In this document: piece after piece, positions 31,297 through 42,398 of the stretch
How the letters are laid out: each line of letters begins with the position of its first letter
Position numbering within the stretch: the stretch's first letter is position 1
DNA from: Candidatus Versatilivorator sp.
Lineage (GTDB): Bacteria; Acidobacteriota; Terriglobia; Versatilivoradales; Versatilivoraceae
NCBI GenBank assembly: GCA_965207735.1
Contig: OZ242296.1
Span: forward strand, 1-64,000
Direction of reading: 5' to 3'
DNA: 64,000 bases
The notes under the pieces: generated by a model
Told to the model about the DNA's origin: nothing
Seen by the model: the letters and a program-made list of their open reading frames with translations, nothing else
Database searches by the model: none
Program-made: the position numbers and the translations under genes

Positions 31297-32100
31297 ATGC
31301 CTGTCGAGAACCTGCGTATCCTTTTTGTTGGCGACGTCTTCGGAAGACCGGGGCGAGAAGCCGTTCGGGGCCACCTTCCCCAGATTCTGGAGGAACGGCG
31401 GATCGACCTGTGCGTGGCCAACGTCGAGAACTCGGCCGCCGGACACGGGATCACTCCACCGTTGGCCCACCAGTTTCTTGAGATGGGAGTGCAGGTGCTG
31501 ACCTCCGGAAATCACATCTGGGACCGCAAGGAGATTCTGGATTTTCTGGACCAGGAGCCAAGACTGCTGCGTCCGGCCAACTATCCGCCGACAACTCCGG
31601 GAAGCGGCCTCTTTGTGGGTGAAACCCGGACCCAGGTCCCCTTTGCGGTGATCAATCTGCAGGGTCGGCTGTTCATGCCCCTCACCGATTGTCCTTTCCG
31701 AGTGGGCGAGCAGCTTATCGATAGTCTTTCTCCGGAGATCAAGGTGATCCTGGTGGATTTCCACGCCGAAGCCACCGCGGAGAAGCAGGCCATGGGTTGG
31801 TTTCTGGACGGCAGGGTCTCGGCCGTGTTGGGGACCCATACTCACGTGGCCACCGCCGACGAGCGTACGCTCCCCAAGGGGACGGCCTACATGACCGATG
31901 TCGGGATGACCGGTGCCCACGACTCCATCATCGGTGTCGAGACCGATATCATTCAATCCAAGTTCGTCGACCAGATGCCGGCACGCTTTGGGCCAGCCAA
32001 GCATAACGTCAGGATCAACGCGGTTGCAGTTGAAATCGATACGGGGACCGGCCAGGCCCTGGGAATCGAGAGACTCTCGGTCAGGGCCGAGTCCCCTTGA
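31297..32100 (+). CDS. TIGR00282/YmdB family metallophosphoesterase
   Basis: GDVFGRPGR, NVENSAAG, SGNHIWD, DFHAEATAEK, GTHTHV. Confidence 0.95.
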   Translation: MPVENLRILFVGDVFGRPGREAVRGHLPQILEERRIDLCVANVENSAAGHGITPPLAHQFLEMGVQVLTSGNHIWDRKEILDFLDQEPRLLRPANYPPTTPGSGLFVGETRTQVPFAVINLQGRLFMPLTDCPFRVGEQLIDSLSPEIKVILVDFHAEATAEKQAMGWFLDGRVSAVLGTHTHVATADERTLPKGTAYMTDVGMTGAHDSIIGVETDIIQSKFVDQMPARFGPAKHNVRINAVAVEIDTGTGQALGIERLSVRAESP

Positions 32101-32112
32101 TCGGGTCTTGCG

Positions 32113-32228
32113 TTGCCTGAAACAACCGACAAAAGACAAAAGAAAAAAGACTTATCCACGAAGGGCCACGAAGAACGACGAAGGGCCGCTAAGGCGCTGA
32201 GGTGAACCGAGACGGGATACCAAGGTCG
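32113..32228 (+). repeat. Intergenic repeat, TGTCTGAAACAA family
   Basis: Closely matches reverse complement of 62707-62820. Confidence 0.85.
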
Positions 32229-32284
32229 GGAAGGGGCTCAGCCTGGGCGCGGGTGGTGGTGGCGATTGATGATGGGAATACAGA

Positions 32285-33619
<1,335 letters not shown>

Positions 33620-33622
33620 GCA

Positions 33623-34594
33623 ATGACTACTCGAATTGCTCTAGTCGGCCTTGGCGGTCCAACCGCCGCGACCTACCTGGAATGCCTCAGGCGAATGCCC
33701 GAAGTCCTGCCTGCGGCCGTGGTGGAACCCCGGTCCTGTCCGGGGACGGATCAGGGCGCGAGGCTTGAGGGGGTGGCGACCTTCCCCCGCCACCGAGACC
33801 TGTTGGAGCGATTTCCTGCCGACGGGATGGTTATCTGCGGTTCCGGTGGCTGCCGGAAAGGAACCGTGGTGGATTGCATCCGTGCGGGAAAAGCGATCCT
33901 GTGTGAGAATCCGATAGCGGAAACGTTGCTGGAAGCCCGCCAGATATGGGCCATTTCTCAGGCTCATGAGGTGCTGTTCGGGGTTTGTTTTCCAATCCGC
34001 TCGAGCTCGGCTTGCAGCCGGGCCAGGAAACGGATTCTGGAGGGAAGCCTGGGAAATCCCCTGACTGTCAAGGTCCGCAGGTCAGAAGGGGGAGGCGCCG
34101 GGGCTTCATCGGGGGACCCTTTCGGGGACGGTGGTGGCCCCTGGATACATCCTGGAACCGCCCTGGTCGATTCACTGCGTTGGCTGTTGGGTGGAGAATT
34201 CACCTTGGTGACGCTCATGGGCTCCACAGATAAAGCCGGTGACGGTTCAGGGTGGCTGCGTTTGGAGATGAATCACGGGTCTGTTGCCATCGTGGACGGC
34301 AGCCTGATGGATCCGCCGGGAGTCGTCAGGATGGCAGATGCGGTCTTGCTCGAGATCTCCGGTACCCGGGGGCGCCTGGATCTGGAGTTGTTTACGGGCG
34401 CGGATTCCGCCGGGTCCGACCCCGATTCCGATTCGCCTGCAGAAACGCCGATCCGGCCGATGCTGGCCAATTTCGTGGAAGCTGTCCGAGGCCGGACGCG
34501 GATTGCGGCGGGGGGAACGGATGGGTTGCGAGCCATGGAAGTGGTGCAAGCCGCCCGGCGCGCTTGGAGGTATCGTACGGCTGTGGTTCTCTGA
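33623..34594 (+). CDS. Gfo/Idh/MocA family oxidoreductase-like protein (divergent)
   Basis: N-terminal Rossmann VGLG; GKAILCENP in place of EKP; DGLRAMEVV. Confidence 0.75.
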   Translation: MTTRIALVGLGGPTAATYLECLRRMPEVLPAAVVEPRSCPGTDQGARLEGVATFPRHRDLLERFPADGMVICGSGGCRKGTVVDCIRAGKAILCENPIAETLLEARQIWAISQAHEVLFGVCFPIRSSSACSRARKRILEGSLGNPLTVKVRRSEGGGAGASSGDPFGDGGGPWIHPGTALVDSLRWLLGGEFTLVTLMGSTDKAGDGSGWLRLEMNHGSVAIVDGSLMDPPGVVRMADAVLLEISGTRGRLDLELFTGADSAGSDPDSDSPAETPIRPMLANFVEAVRGRTRIAAGGTDGLRAMEVVQAARRAWRYRTAVVL

Positions 34595-34615
34595 GCCGGT
34601 TGAGGGAGGTGTGTC

Positions 34616-35416
34616 ATGGAATCAAGTCCAAGCAATCCTGCCCTGGGTGGCGGCGACTACGCACTGGGAATGGTCACCTGGAATTTGGGAAAGGACTGGG
34701 ATCTGCCGACCCTGATCGAGGCCTGTGAGGCGACGGGCTTCCGTTCGGTCGAGCTGCGCACCACCCACAGGCATGGAGTGGAACCCGATCTGGGCAGGGA
34801 AGAGCGCGTTGCCGTCGCCAGCCGTTTCGGATTCTCTCCCATTCGCCTGCTGAGCCTGGGGACTGCTTGTGAATTCCACTCCAACGACGGGAGCGTCGTC
34901 CGCCGGAATGTCGAAGAGACCAAGCAATTTGTGGAACTGGCCCACGATGTGGGGGCCCTTGGAGTGAAGGTGCGCCCCAATGGGATCCCCGATGAGGTTC
35001 CGGAGAGCCAAACCCTGAATCAGATTGCGGAGGCCCTGCGGGAGTGCGGACAACATGCTCGGGGCTACGGCGTGGAAATCTGGCTGGAAGTCCACGGGCC
35101 CAAGTCGAACAGTCCGGCTCGGGTACGGAGAATCATGGAGTTGGCCGACCATCCCATGGTCGGGGTCTGCTGGAATTCGAACCCGGAAGACGTCGAGGAA
35201 GGTTCGGTGGCCAAGAGCTTCGAACTGTTGAAGCCCTGGCTGAGGAATGTTCATATCAGGGAGCTTTGGAGGAAGGACTACCCCTGGCGGGAGCTCTTCG
35301 ACCTGCTTACCCAGGCCGGTTACCGTCGATATACTTTGGCCGAGATTCCAGCCGGCTCCGATGGCGTTCGATTGATGCGGTACTACCAAGCGCTCTGGAA
35401 GGAGCTCAAGGGGTAG
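34616..35416 (+). CDS. Sugar phosphate isomerase/epimerase (TIM barrel)
   Basis: VELRTTHRHGVE, WLEVHG, VCWNSN, NVHI. Confidence 0.85.
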   Translation: MESSPSNPALGGGDYALGMVTWNLGKDWDLPTLIEACEATGFRSVELRTTHRHGVEPDLGREERVAVASRFGFSPIRLLSLGTACEFHSNDGSVVRRNVEETKQFVELAHDVGALGVKVRPNGIPDEVPESQTLNQIAEALRECGQHARGYGVEIWLEVHGPKSNSPARVRRIMELADHPMVGVCWNSNPEDVEEGSVAKSFELLKPWLRNVHIRELWRKDYPWRELFDLLTQAGYRRYTLAEIPAGSDGVRLMRYYQALWKELKG

Positions 35417-35443
35417 GCGGGTCGGTTTTCCTTCCTTTCCGGG

Positions 35444-36439
35444 TCAAGCCCTGATGTTGACCCAGACATGCACGTGGGGGCTGCCGCGGAAGTACCAGAC
35501 CATGTTCCTGCCCTGTAGCTGCCAATTGTCCCAAATGCCGTCGTTTCCAACATCGCCGCTGCGGTAGAAGGACAGGCTCAGTCCATCCAGCTTCCCCTCC
35601 TTCTTGATGTAGCGCATGGCTTCCTCGGCGTCTGGTCGGCGAAAGGGCAACAGCAGGTCGGCCAGCACCTCCTCTACCAACTCCACCTGGTCGCGGCTCA
35701 TTTCCGAAACGGGCAGTCCGGCCAGTTCCTCATCCAATCTCACGGTTCGAGTCTGCTGCTCCTTGCGGGGATCGGTGAGCAGCGCCATTTGGCGTTGCTT
35801 GCCGTCCAGGGCCTGGAATACCCGGTTGGCCGACTTGGCCTGGAACCAGTAGACATTACCGGGATGGTCCGGAGCCTCGTAGAAGTCGCGGGCTGCATGA
35901 CCATAGAAGATCGGTCCCCCGAAAGCGGCTCCTTCCACCGAGTCGCCGTCGCAGCGCATGGTGCAGTGTCTTCCGGTGAGAACGAACTCGAACTTTCCCG
36001 TTGCCGGTCGTCCAAAGATGGCGATGGAGTAGTTGCCCAGGCTCCCGCCATCTTCCTTCATGTGTTCCATGACCCTGTCCACGTAGTCCGGATTGTGAAC
36101 CCCTTCAAAGATCTCTCGGATCATCGCCTGTTGGTCGGGCGTGTAGAAGCGGTTGATCTTGTGAGGAGTAATCGCCCAGTTGTTGTCCACCTTGGAACGA
36201 AGGGGATGATCGAAGGGGAACGTCATGACTCTTTGCTGTTCCTCCGACAGGCTCTTGTAGAGTGTGGCCACAAGAGTCTCCGAGTCGCGAGGGGGTTTGG
36301 AAGCTGCCGCGGACAGTGTCCCCGCGGGGAGGGTCGCCCCGGCCGCCAGTCCCACTCCTCCCAGGACAGCCGTCTTCAGAAACGTCCGGCGCTCGCCGAT
36401 TGAGAACTTGGCCGATGCCGGCTTGGTTGGGTGCCGCAT
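35444..36439 (-). CDS. DUF3500-like Tat-exported protein
   Basis: RRTFLK Tat motif; TGRHCT, GGPIFYG, FRGSPHVH; AGGAGG RBS. Confidence 0.8.
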   Translation of the reverse strand: MRHPTKPASAKFSIGERRTFLKTAVLGGVGLAAGATLPAGTLSAAASKPPRDSETLVATLYKSLSEEQQRVMTFPFDHPLRSKVDNNWAITPHKINRFYTPDQQAMIREIFEGVHNPDYVDRVMEHMKEDGGSLGNYSIAIFGRPATGKFEFVLTGRHCTMRCDGDSVEGAAFGGPIFYGHAARDFYEAPDHPGNVYWFQAKSANRVFQALDGKQRQMALLTDPRKEQQTRTVRLDEELAGLPVSEMSRDQVELVEEVLADLLLPFRRPDAEEAMRYIKKEGKLDGLSLSFYRSGDVGNDGIWDNWQLQGRNMVWYFRGSPHVHVWVNIRA

Positions 36440-36566
36440 GATTCCTCCTTGCGCCTGAAGCCGTTTTGGAATGCCAAACGATGGTAATTTGAATTTATTA
36501 TACACCCGCCTCATGGATTTGGCGGGGAAAGCAGGCGGGGGGAGAAATGCTTTTCGGGTGGGTCGT

Positions 36567-36642
36567 TGGTGCCCAGGGACGGAATTGAACCGCCGACGCC
36601 AGCCTTTTCAGGGCTGCGCTCTACCGACTGAGCTACCTGGGC
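36567..36642 (-). tRNA. tRNA-Phe(GAA)
   Basis: GCCCAGG acceptor stem, anticodon arm CAGCC-CTGAAAA-GGCTG, GGTTCAATTCC T-arm, encoded CCA; 76 nt. Confidence 0.98.
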
Positions 36643-36687
36643 ATCCCGCGGCTTTGGCGCCGGCGCCGCTTGCGCCAAAGCCTGGGA

Positions 36688-36716
36688 AGTATAGTGAAAG
36701 TCCCCCGGCATTTCAA
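36688..36716 (-). promoter_or_regulatory. tRNA-Phe promoter
   Basis: TTGAAA-17nt-TATACT followed by GC-rich leader. Confidence 0.7.
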
Positions 36717-36743
36717 GCATCATGGGGACCGACATGGACGCCA

Positions 36744-36872
36744 TTCCGGACTGCCTATGTGTCGAGACCGATGGAATTCGGGCCGAACACGGAGCCCGAT
36801 CTGACGCCGGATTCGAACTTCGATCTGGTGGCCACCGACTTCAACGACATGGCGAGCCGGTTCGGGCCGTGA
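36744..36872 (+). pseudogene. C-terminal remnant resembling haloacid dehalogenase type II
   Basis: FRTAYVSRPMEFGP...FDLVATDFNDMASRFG* resembles HAD type II C-termini (from recall); no N-terminal part. Confidence 0.55.
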
Positions 36873-36911
36873 TCCGCGCGTTGGAAGGGACCACTCGGCA
36901 CGCCGACCCAA

Positions 36912-38267
36912 TCAGCAGCGGGTCTTGCTCTCGATCCACCCGCGCACGTCGTCCAGCGCGTCGGCGAGCGCCTTGCGCCTTCGCCGCAGGGCGCTACGAG
37001 TCCGGAGCGGCATCCGGCGCAGCGCCAAAAAGGCGCGCACGGTGCGCCAGACGGCAGATTCGCGCTCGACCGCCAGTGTTCCCAGGATGGCCAGAGCCAC
37101 CAGTGCGAGACCAATCGCAAGGCCGGGCGCCGTCCCGGTTCGAGTGCCGGCCGAGGCGGCTATGGCGGTAATCCAGGCGACGTGGATCAGGCCGCCGCCG
37201 ATGATCTGCCATACTGCGCGGCTCTGGAGATCCAGCGCCCACCGGCCGATCCGGTCGGTGAGCCAGCAAGGAAGGGCGAAGACGACGACGCTTGCGATCG
37301 CCAGCGGGCCGAGCAGCAGAGCAAGAAGCCCTTCCCGCAAAGTGAAGCGGATGACCTGGGCGGCCGGGATGCGTTGGTCGAGGTCGCGCTCGCGGAGCCC
37401 GAAGCGGGCCAAGCTCGCCAGATATTCCTCCACCTCCGCCATGATTTCGGCCAGCCTCGCCGGATCCCTCTGGCGGAGTTCCGCCATCCCCGCGGCAATC
37501 AGGCGGCGGCGACCCAACCGCTCCCGCGCCTCGCGCGACGATCCGCGAGCGGCGGCGTAGAGGCGGTCGATACGCTCGACGATGGGCAGGTCGTGCCGCG
37601 GCTCGGCTTCGATCATCAAGTGCTTCAGGCGGTGTTCGATCCTGTCTGTGAGAGTCCGTATGACGGTCGCTTCGGCCTCCGCATACCCTGCGGTGAGGTC
37701 TGCGTAGTCCACCGTGCGCCCGAAGACCACTGTCACCCGGGAGCGGAAGCGGGCCAGGGCATCGAAGTTGAGCCCGACCGGTACGATGGTCACCGGATGA
37801 CCTGCGGCGCAACTGTTGAGCACCATGCGGGCGGCGCCGGTCCGCAGCGGCTCGAGTCGACCGCCGGTGTGACTGGTGCCTTCCGGGAAAAGGCAGATGG
37901 CCTCGCCGCCGGCGAGCGCCGCCGCCACCGCCGAAAACATCTCCAGGTTGCGGGAGGTATCGACGCCTGGATCCATCTTGCGGTAGACGGGAATCGCCCC
38001 CGAGCGGCGGATCAGCGGGCTGAGCGGGTGCCGTGCGAAGAGCGTGGACTTGGCGAGGAACCGGATGCGCCGCCCGGCCGTGGTCTGAATGACCGGCGGA
38101 TCGATGAGGGTGTTGGGGTGGTTGGCGACCAGCAGCAGTGGGCCGTCCGGTAGCGGGCCGCCGATGCGTTCAACCTTGTAGTAGGCGTACACACCCAGCC
38201 GCCCCAACCCCCACACCCATGATCGCGAAGGGGTCGTTCCGGCGGGCACGGTCGGAGCGGCCGTCAT
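36912..38267 (-). CDS. Lysophospholipid/glycerol-3-phosphate acyltransferase family
   Basis: NHPNTLID (HxxxxD), FLAKSTLF, FPEGTSH; C-terminal TMs. Confidence 0.9.
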   Translation of the reverse strand: MTAAPTVPAGTTPSRSWVWGLGRLGVYAYYKVERIGGPLPDGPLLLVANHPNTLIDPPVIQTTAGRRIRFLAKSTLFARHPLSPLIRRSGAIPVYRKMDPGVDTSRNLEMFSAVAAALAGGEAICLFPEGTSHTGGRLEPLRTGAARMVLNSCAAGHPVTIVPVGLNFDALARFRSRVTVVFGRTVDYADLTAGYAEAEATVIRTLTDRIEHRLKHLMIEAEPRHDLPIVERIDRLYAAARGSSREARERLGRRRLIAAGMAELRQRDPARLAEIMAEVEEYLASLARFGLRERDLDQRIPAAQVIRFTLREGLLALLLGPLAIASVVVFALPCWLTDRIGRWALDLQSRAVWQIIGGGLIHVAWITAIAASAGTRTGTAPGLAIGLALVALAILGTLAVERESAVWRTVRAFLALRRMPLRTRSALRRRRKALADALDDVRGWIESKTRC

Positions 38268-38332
38268 GGCTTCTCAGTCGCGTCTGGTGGCCGGGAAGCG
38301 GGAAACGGAGTTTCAGGGCAGGCAGTCCTGGA

Positions 38333-39253
38333 TTACAACTTGCGCTCGGCCGACAAGCCCTTGTCCTTGGGGACGCTCAGGTAACCGATGATGCGGTTCC
38401 TTCGGACTTCATTGACCACCAGCTCGTATCGCAACTTGGTGGGGCCCACCAGAAATTGCACCGGCTCGTTGATGGTGCGCCGCTTCTTCTCCAAGGTGCT
38501 GTCGTCGACCACAATGCGGACGTTGTAGCGCTGCCTCCTGCGATTGGTCTTGGTCACCCCGATGCGAATATCTCCGACCAGGGCAAAACCCTTCTTCTTC
38601 TGAATGTCGAACTCGTAGAAGTTTCGCTCGCCCTTGAGACGCAGTTGCGTGAGCTCATCCTTGTTCCTGGCGATCTGCTGGGTCAGGGTGGCGCGAACGT
38701 CAACGATGTCGCGGCGGGCGCCCTCCAGAGCCTTGCGTGTGGCTTCCACGTCGGTCTTGACCTTGCTGACATCCTCGTCGACGGCGCCAAAGCGACTGTC
38801 GGAGGCGGTCTTCAACTCGGAAAGCTGTCGGGAATCGGCTTTTCGGGCGATTTCCACGTTGAGCTGCTGCACCGACCGCTGCTGCTCCTCCCTGATCCGC
38901 CGGGCCGCGGCCCGGGCGCGGTTCAATTCCTTCTGGGTCACACCCAGCCGGTCTTGCACCACCGTGAAATCAGCGGTCAAGGCGCCCAATTTCTGGTCGA
39001 ACTTCTGATCTTGCTCCTGCTGCTCGGTTACTGCCTCCATCATCTCGTCTTCCAGGGCGGCCACCTGGTCCTGGGATTCGAGGATCTCGTCCTTGTTGCC
39101 CAGAACCTGGTAGATCAGAAAGACCTGCAGTCCCAGCAGAATGACGAAGCCGAACAATCCCCAGCGGGGAATGGACCGACCCGACATGCCTGCCGTGGCC
39201 GATGGCTTTGGCTTGGGTTGGTCGAGGGGCTTGCCGTCCGTGAAGCTGTTCAT
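38333..39253 (-). CDS. Membrane-anchored coiled-coil hypothetical protein
   Basis: One TM, long coiled coil, beta-rich C-domain; AGGAG RBS. Confidence 0.85.
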   Translation of the reverse strand: MNSFTDGKPLDQPKPKPSATAGMSGRSIPRWGLFGFVILLGLQVFLIYQVLGNKDEILESQDQVAALEDEMMEAVTEQQEQDQKFDQKLGALTADFTVVQDRLGVTQKELNRARAAARRIREEQQRSVQQLNVEIARKADSRQLSELKTASDSRFGAVDEDVSKVKTDVEATRKALEGARRDIVDVRATLTQQIARNKDELTQLRLKGERNFYEFDIQKKKGFALVGDIRIGVTKTNRRRQRYNVRIVVDDSTLEKKRRTINEPVQFLVGPTKLRYELVVNEVRRNRIIGYLSVPKDKGLSAERKL

Positions 39254-39478
39254 CGTTCTTGTCTCCTTTCTCGCTCGAACGTGCTGGAGATCGGCTGTCT
39301 ATCCCTGCGCTTTTGAAACGAGTAGCTTAGCAATCTTCAGCCCGAATTCCCATGAAAAGATGGCTTCAAGCGCGGGCGAGTTGCTTTCGAATTGGCAACG
39401 GCCGAGTCTTTCAAGAGGCGACTTGATGAAATCGGGCTTCTGTTCCTACAATGTCGGCGGTTTACGGAGCTGTTCCTG

Positions 39479-40279
39479 ATGAAATCTCTCATCTTTGCAG
39501 CCTGCACGGCCGCTGTCCTGCTGCCGGCAACGGTCCAGTCGCCCTCGTCCCCACGGCAGGGCGGGTTCCTGGAACGGACCCTCGCCATCGGTCCGGAGGT
39601 CTACCGATATCAGGTTTTCCTTCCGGTCGGGTGGGAGCCCCGGAAAACCTGGCCCGTGGTGCTGTTTCTCCACGGCAACGGCGAACGGGGCGATGACGGC
39701 TGGCGCCAGACGCTGGTGGGTATCGGCCCCGCCATTCGGCGGCATCCCGAGAGGGTTCCGGCAATCGTCGTCCTGCCCCAGTGCCGCAGGGGAATGTGGT
39801 GGACCCACAGCCCGATGGAGAGACTGGCGCTGGCAGCCTTGGAAGCGTCGGTTCGGGACTTTGGCGGGGATCCCGACAGAGTATTCCTCACCGGAATTTC
39901 CATGGGAGGGTACGGCACCTGGAGTCTGGCGGCCAGGCATCCGGATAGGTTTGCCGCCCTGGCTCCGATCTGCGGCGGTGTTGTGCCGCCAACGGGGGTC
40001 AAGGTCCCGGAGGACCATCCACCGCTGGAATTGTCTTCCGATCCCTACCGCAGCATGGCCGCCAGGATCGGCCAGACACCGGTCTGGATATTTCACGGTA
40101 CCGATGACCCGCGGGTGCCGGTTTCGGAGTCTCGCAGCATGGCGGCGGCAATGCAGGCAAAGGGGAAGCCGGTGCGCTTCAGCGAGTATGCGGGAGTCGG
40201 CCACGATTCCTGGGAGCAGGCCTACGCCGAACCCGATTTTTTCCTCTGGCTCCTGTCGCACCGGTCGGCCCGGCCGTAG
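39479..40279 (+). CDS. Secreted alpha/beta hydrolase (predicted peptidase/esterase)
   Basis: LFLHGNGERG, TGISMGGYG, FHGTDD, GHDSW. Confidence 0.9.
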   Translation: MKSLIFAACTAAVLLPATVQSPSSPRQGGFLERTLAIGPEVYRYQVFLPVGWEPRKTWPVVLFLHGNGERGDDGWRQTLVGIGPAIRRHPERVPAIVVLPQCRRGMWWTHSPMERLALAALEASVRDFGGDPDRVFLTGISMGGYGTWSLAARHPDRFAALAPICGGVVPPTGVKVPEDHPPLELSSDPYRSMAARIGQTPVWIFHGTDDPRVPVSESRSMAAAMQAKGKPVRFSEYAGVGHDSWEQAYAEPDFFLWLLSHRSARP

Positions 40280-40369
40280 CCGGCACTTCCGGTTGAGGGG
40301 TTGTCCGGGAAGGTTGCATCCTTATCCGGGTGCGGGCGCAAGCCGGGTGGGGCGGGTCACCCGGTCTGT

Positions 40370-40399
40370 TTGCCTTCATCTCGATCCTTTCCCTATAAT
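40370..40399 (+). promoter_or_regulatory. Putative promoter of leuCD-like genes
   Basis: TTGCCT-18nt-TATAAT. Confidence 0.5.
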
Positions 40400-40481
40400 G
40401 GCCGGGTTTGTTCAGGAATAAAAAAGTGTGATCGACCGGCCGGGACGCGTCTAGCCCTTTCCATTCGGCACCGGAGTGAAA

Positions 40482-41735
40482 ATGCCTCAGACACTGGCGG
40501 AAAAGATTTTTTCCAACCACTGCGGGAGAGCGGTGCGAGCCGGGGATTTCATCCTGGCCGATCTGGATCTGGTCATGGCCCATGACACCACCTGCGCCTG
40601 GGCTTTGGAGCCCTTTTACCAAATCGCCGAACGGGTATTCGATCCCAAGAAAATCTTCATTCCCTTTGACCATGCCTTTCCGAGCCCCAGCGTGGCCATG
40701 TCCAAGTTGCAGAATCAGATCAGGAAGTTTGCCGATGAACAGGGCATTCCGGTGGTTTATGACGGCGTTTGCCACCAGGTCATGTCGGAGCGCCTGATAA
40801 ATCCGGGCAACCTCATCCTGGGCGCGGACTCCCACAGCCCCACCGGCGGTGGTCTGGGCGCCCTCACCATCGGGGTGGGTTCGACCGACGCGGCCATCGC
40901 CATGGCTACCGGCAAGAGCTGGTTCAGGGTTCCCCGGACGATCCGGGTCACTGTCAGCGGCGATCTGCCCAATGGCAGTTACTCCAAGGACGTCGTGCTG
41001 GCGGTGGCCAGGGAGATGGGTCCTGACGGGGCCAACTACCGGGTCATCGAATACGCGGGACCCACGGTGGAGGGCTTTAACGTGCCGGCCCGGCTGACGC
41101 TGACCAACATGAGCGCCGAAATGGGGGCCAAGGCAGCCGTGGTGGCCCCTGACGACCAGACGCGGGCCTATCTCGAGGAAAACGATCGACTGGTGGACTT
41201 CGAACCCCTGCGCAGCGATCCTGGGGCGTCCTTCGAACGGGAGCTTTGCTTCGATGTGTCGGACCTCAAACCCATGATCGCCTGCCCCCCGGATATCGAC
41301 AACGACGTGCCGGTGGAGCAGGTCGAAAGAGAGAAGATTGCGGTGGATCAGGTCTTTATCGGATCCTGCACCAACTGCCGCATTGAAGATCTCGAGGTCG
41401 TTCACCGGATGTGGCAGGGGAAGAGGGTGAAGGAGGGGTTGCGGGCCATTGTCACTCCGGCCTCGCGCCGAGTCTACCTGCAGGCGCTTCAGCGAGGATA
41501 CGTGGAGGAGTTCGTCAACTTCGGGGCGGTGGTCTCCAGCCCTGGTTGCGGGCCCTGCCTGGGCCGGTCGGGTGGCGTGCTCTACGACAACGAGGTGTGC
41601 GTTTCCACCAGCAACCGCAACTTCGAGGGCCGAATGGGCAGCCCCACGGCCAAAATTTACCTGGCCAGCCCCGCGACCGCCGCGGCTTCGGCCTTGACCG
41701 GCCGCATTACCGACCCAAGATCGTACGTTGTCTGA
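40482..41735 (+). CDS. leuC: 3-isopropylmalate dehydratase/homoaconitase large subunit (short HacA/LeuC type)
   Basis: GADSHS, GSCTN, CGPCLG, STSNRNFEGRMG. Confidence 0.9.
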   Translation: MPQTLAEKIFSNHCGRAVRAGDFILADLDLVMAHDTTCAWALEPFYQIAERVFDPKKIFIPFDHAFPSPSVAMSKLQNQIRKFADEQGIPVVYDGVCHQVMSERLINPGNLILGADSHSPTGGGLGALTIGVGSTDAAIAMATGKSWFRVPRTIRVTVSGDLPNGSYSKDVVLAVAREMGPDGANYRVIEYAGPTVEGFNVPARLTLTNMSAEMGAKAAVVAPDDQTRAYLEENDRLVDFEPLRSDPGASFERELCFDVSDLKPMIACPPDIDNDVPVEQVEREKIAVDQVFIGSCTNCRIEDLEVVHRMWQGKRVKEGLRAIVTPASRRVYLQALQRGYVEEFVNFGAVVSSPGCGPCLGRSGGVLYDNEVCVSTSNRNFEGRMGSPTAKIYLASPATAAASALTGRITDPRSYVV

Positions 41736-41752
41736 ACGGGGTTTCCGATCCG

Positions 41753-42247
41753 ATGAACTGGAAGTTCGGGGATAATATCAACACCGATCTGATAACTCCC
41801 GGCCGCTACAACATCACCACCGATCCCAAGGAGCTGGCCAAGGCCTGCTTCATCGAGTATCGCCCGGAATTCCGCCGGCAGGTTCAAACCGGCGACTTCG
41901 TGGTGGCCGGTCACAACTTCGGCTGCGGCAGCTCGCGTGAGACGGCGGCGGTGGCGCTCAAGCACTCCCAGCTGCGAGCCGTCATCGCCAAGTCCTTTGC
42001 CCGGATCTTCTTTCGCAACGCCATCAATCTGGGACTGCTGTGCATCATTGGCGATACCGACTCCATCGAGGAGAGCGACCGTCTGGAATTGAACATTTCG
42101 AATCAGGTGCTTCGCAACCTCACCAGGAATCAGACCATCCCGATTGAAATTCCTCCCATGATGCTCCGGCTCTATCGGGAAGGCGGTATCATCAACTTTC
42201 TGAAGAAGAATGGCCTCTCCGCTCTCGCCGACCTGGAGAAGTTTTGA
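41753..42247 (+). CDS. leuD: 3-isopropylmalate dehydratase small subunit
   Basis: GDNINTDLITPGRY, NFGCGSSRE, SFARIFFRNAINLG. Confidence 0.9.
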   Translation: MNWKFGDNINTDLITPGRYNITTDPKELAKACFIEYRPEFRRQVQTGDFVVAGHNFGCGSSRETAAVALKHSQLRAVIAKSFARIFFRNAINLGLLCIIGDTDSIEESDRLELNISNQVLRNLTRNQTIPIEIPPMMLRLYREGGIINFLKKNGLSALADLEKF

Positions 42248-42252
42248 ACCGG

Positions 42253-42373
42253 CTTGTCTGAAACAACCGAAAAAAGACAATAGAAAGAGCCTTTTGCAAT
42301 ATTCGGCAGCGTGACCTTTACCGGGAATGGACACAAAAGGCACAAAAAGAGCAGAGCACTGAAAGCCTGCAAG
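42253..42373 (+). repeat. Intergenic repeat, TGTCTGAAACAA end fused to GAGCCTTTTGCAA module
   Basis: First ~33 nt match the 62821 end; 42287-42373 match the reverse complement of 62575-62671. Confidence 0.85.
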
Positions 42374-42398
42374 TGGGGTTGAGGAGAGCCACTCGATT

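Noticed and set aside
32113-32228. CRISPR-like appearance of short repeated units (also 42253, 62575-62821)
   Set aside because: Units are 7-10 nt, irregular, lack unique spacers of constant length, and no cas genes are present.
36500-36642. Prophage or island integrated at the tRNA-Phe 3' end
   Set aside because: No integrase and no duplicated tRNA 3' end (att site) noticed in the window.
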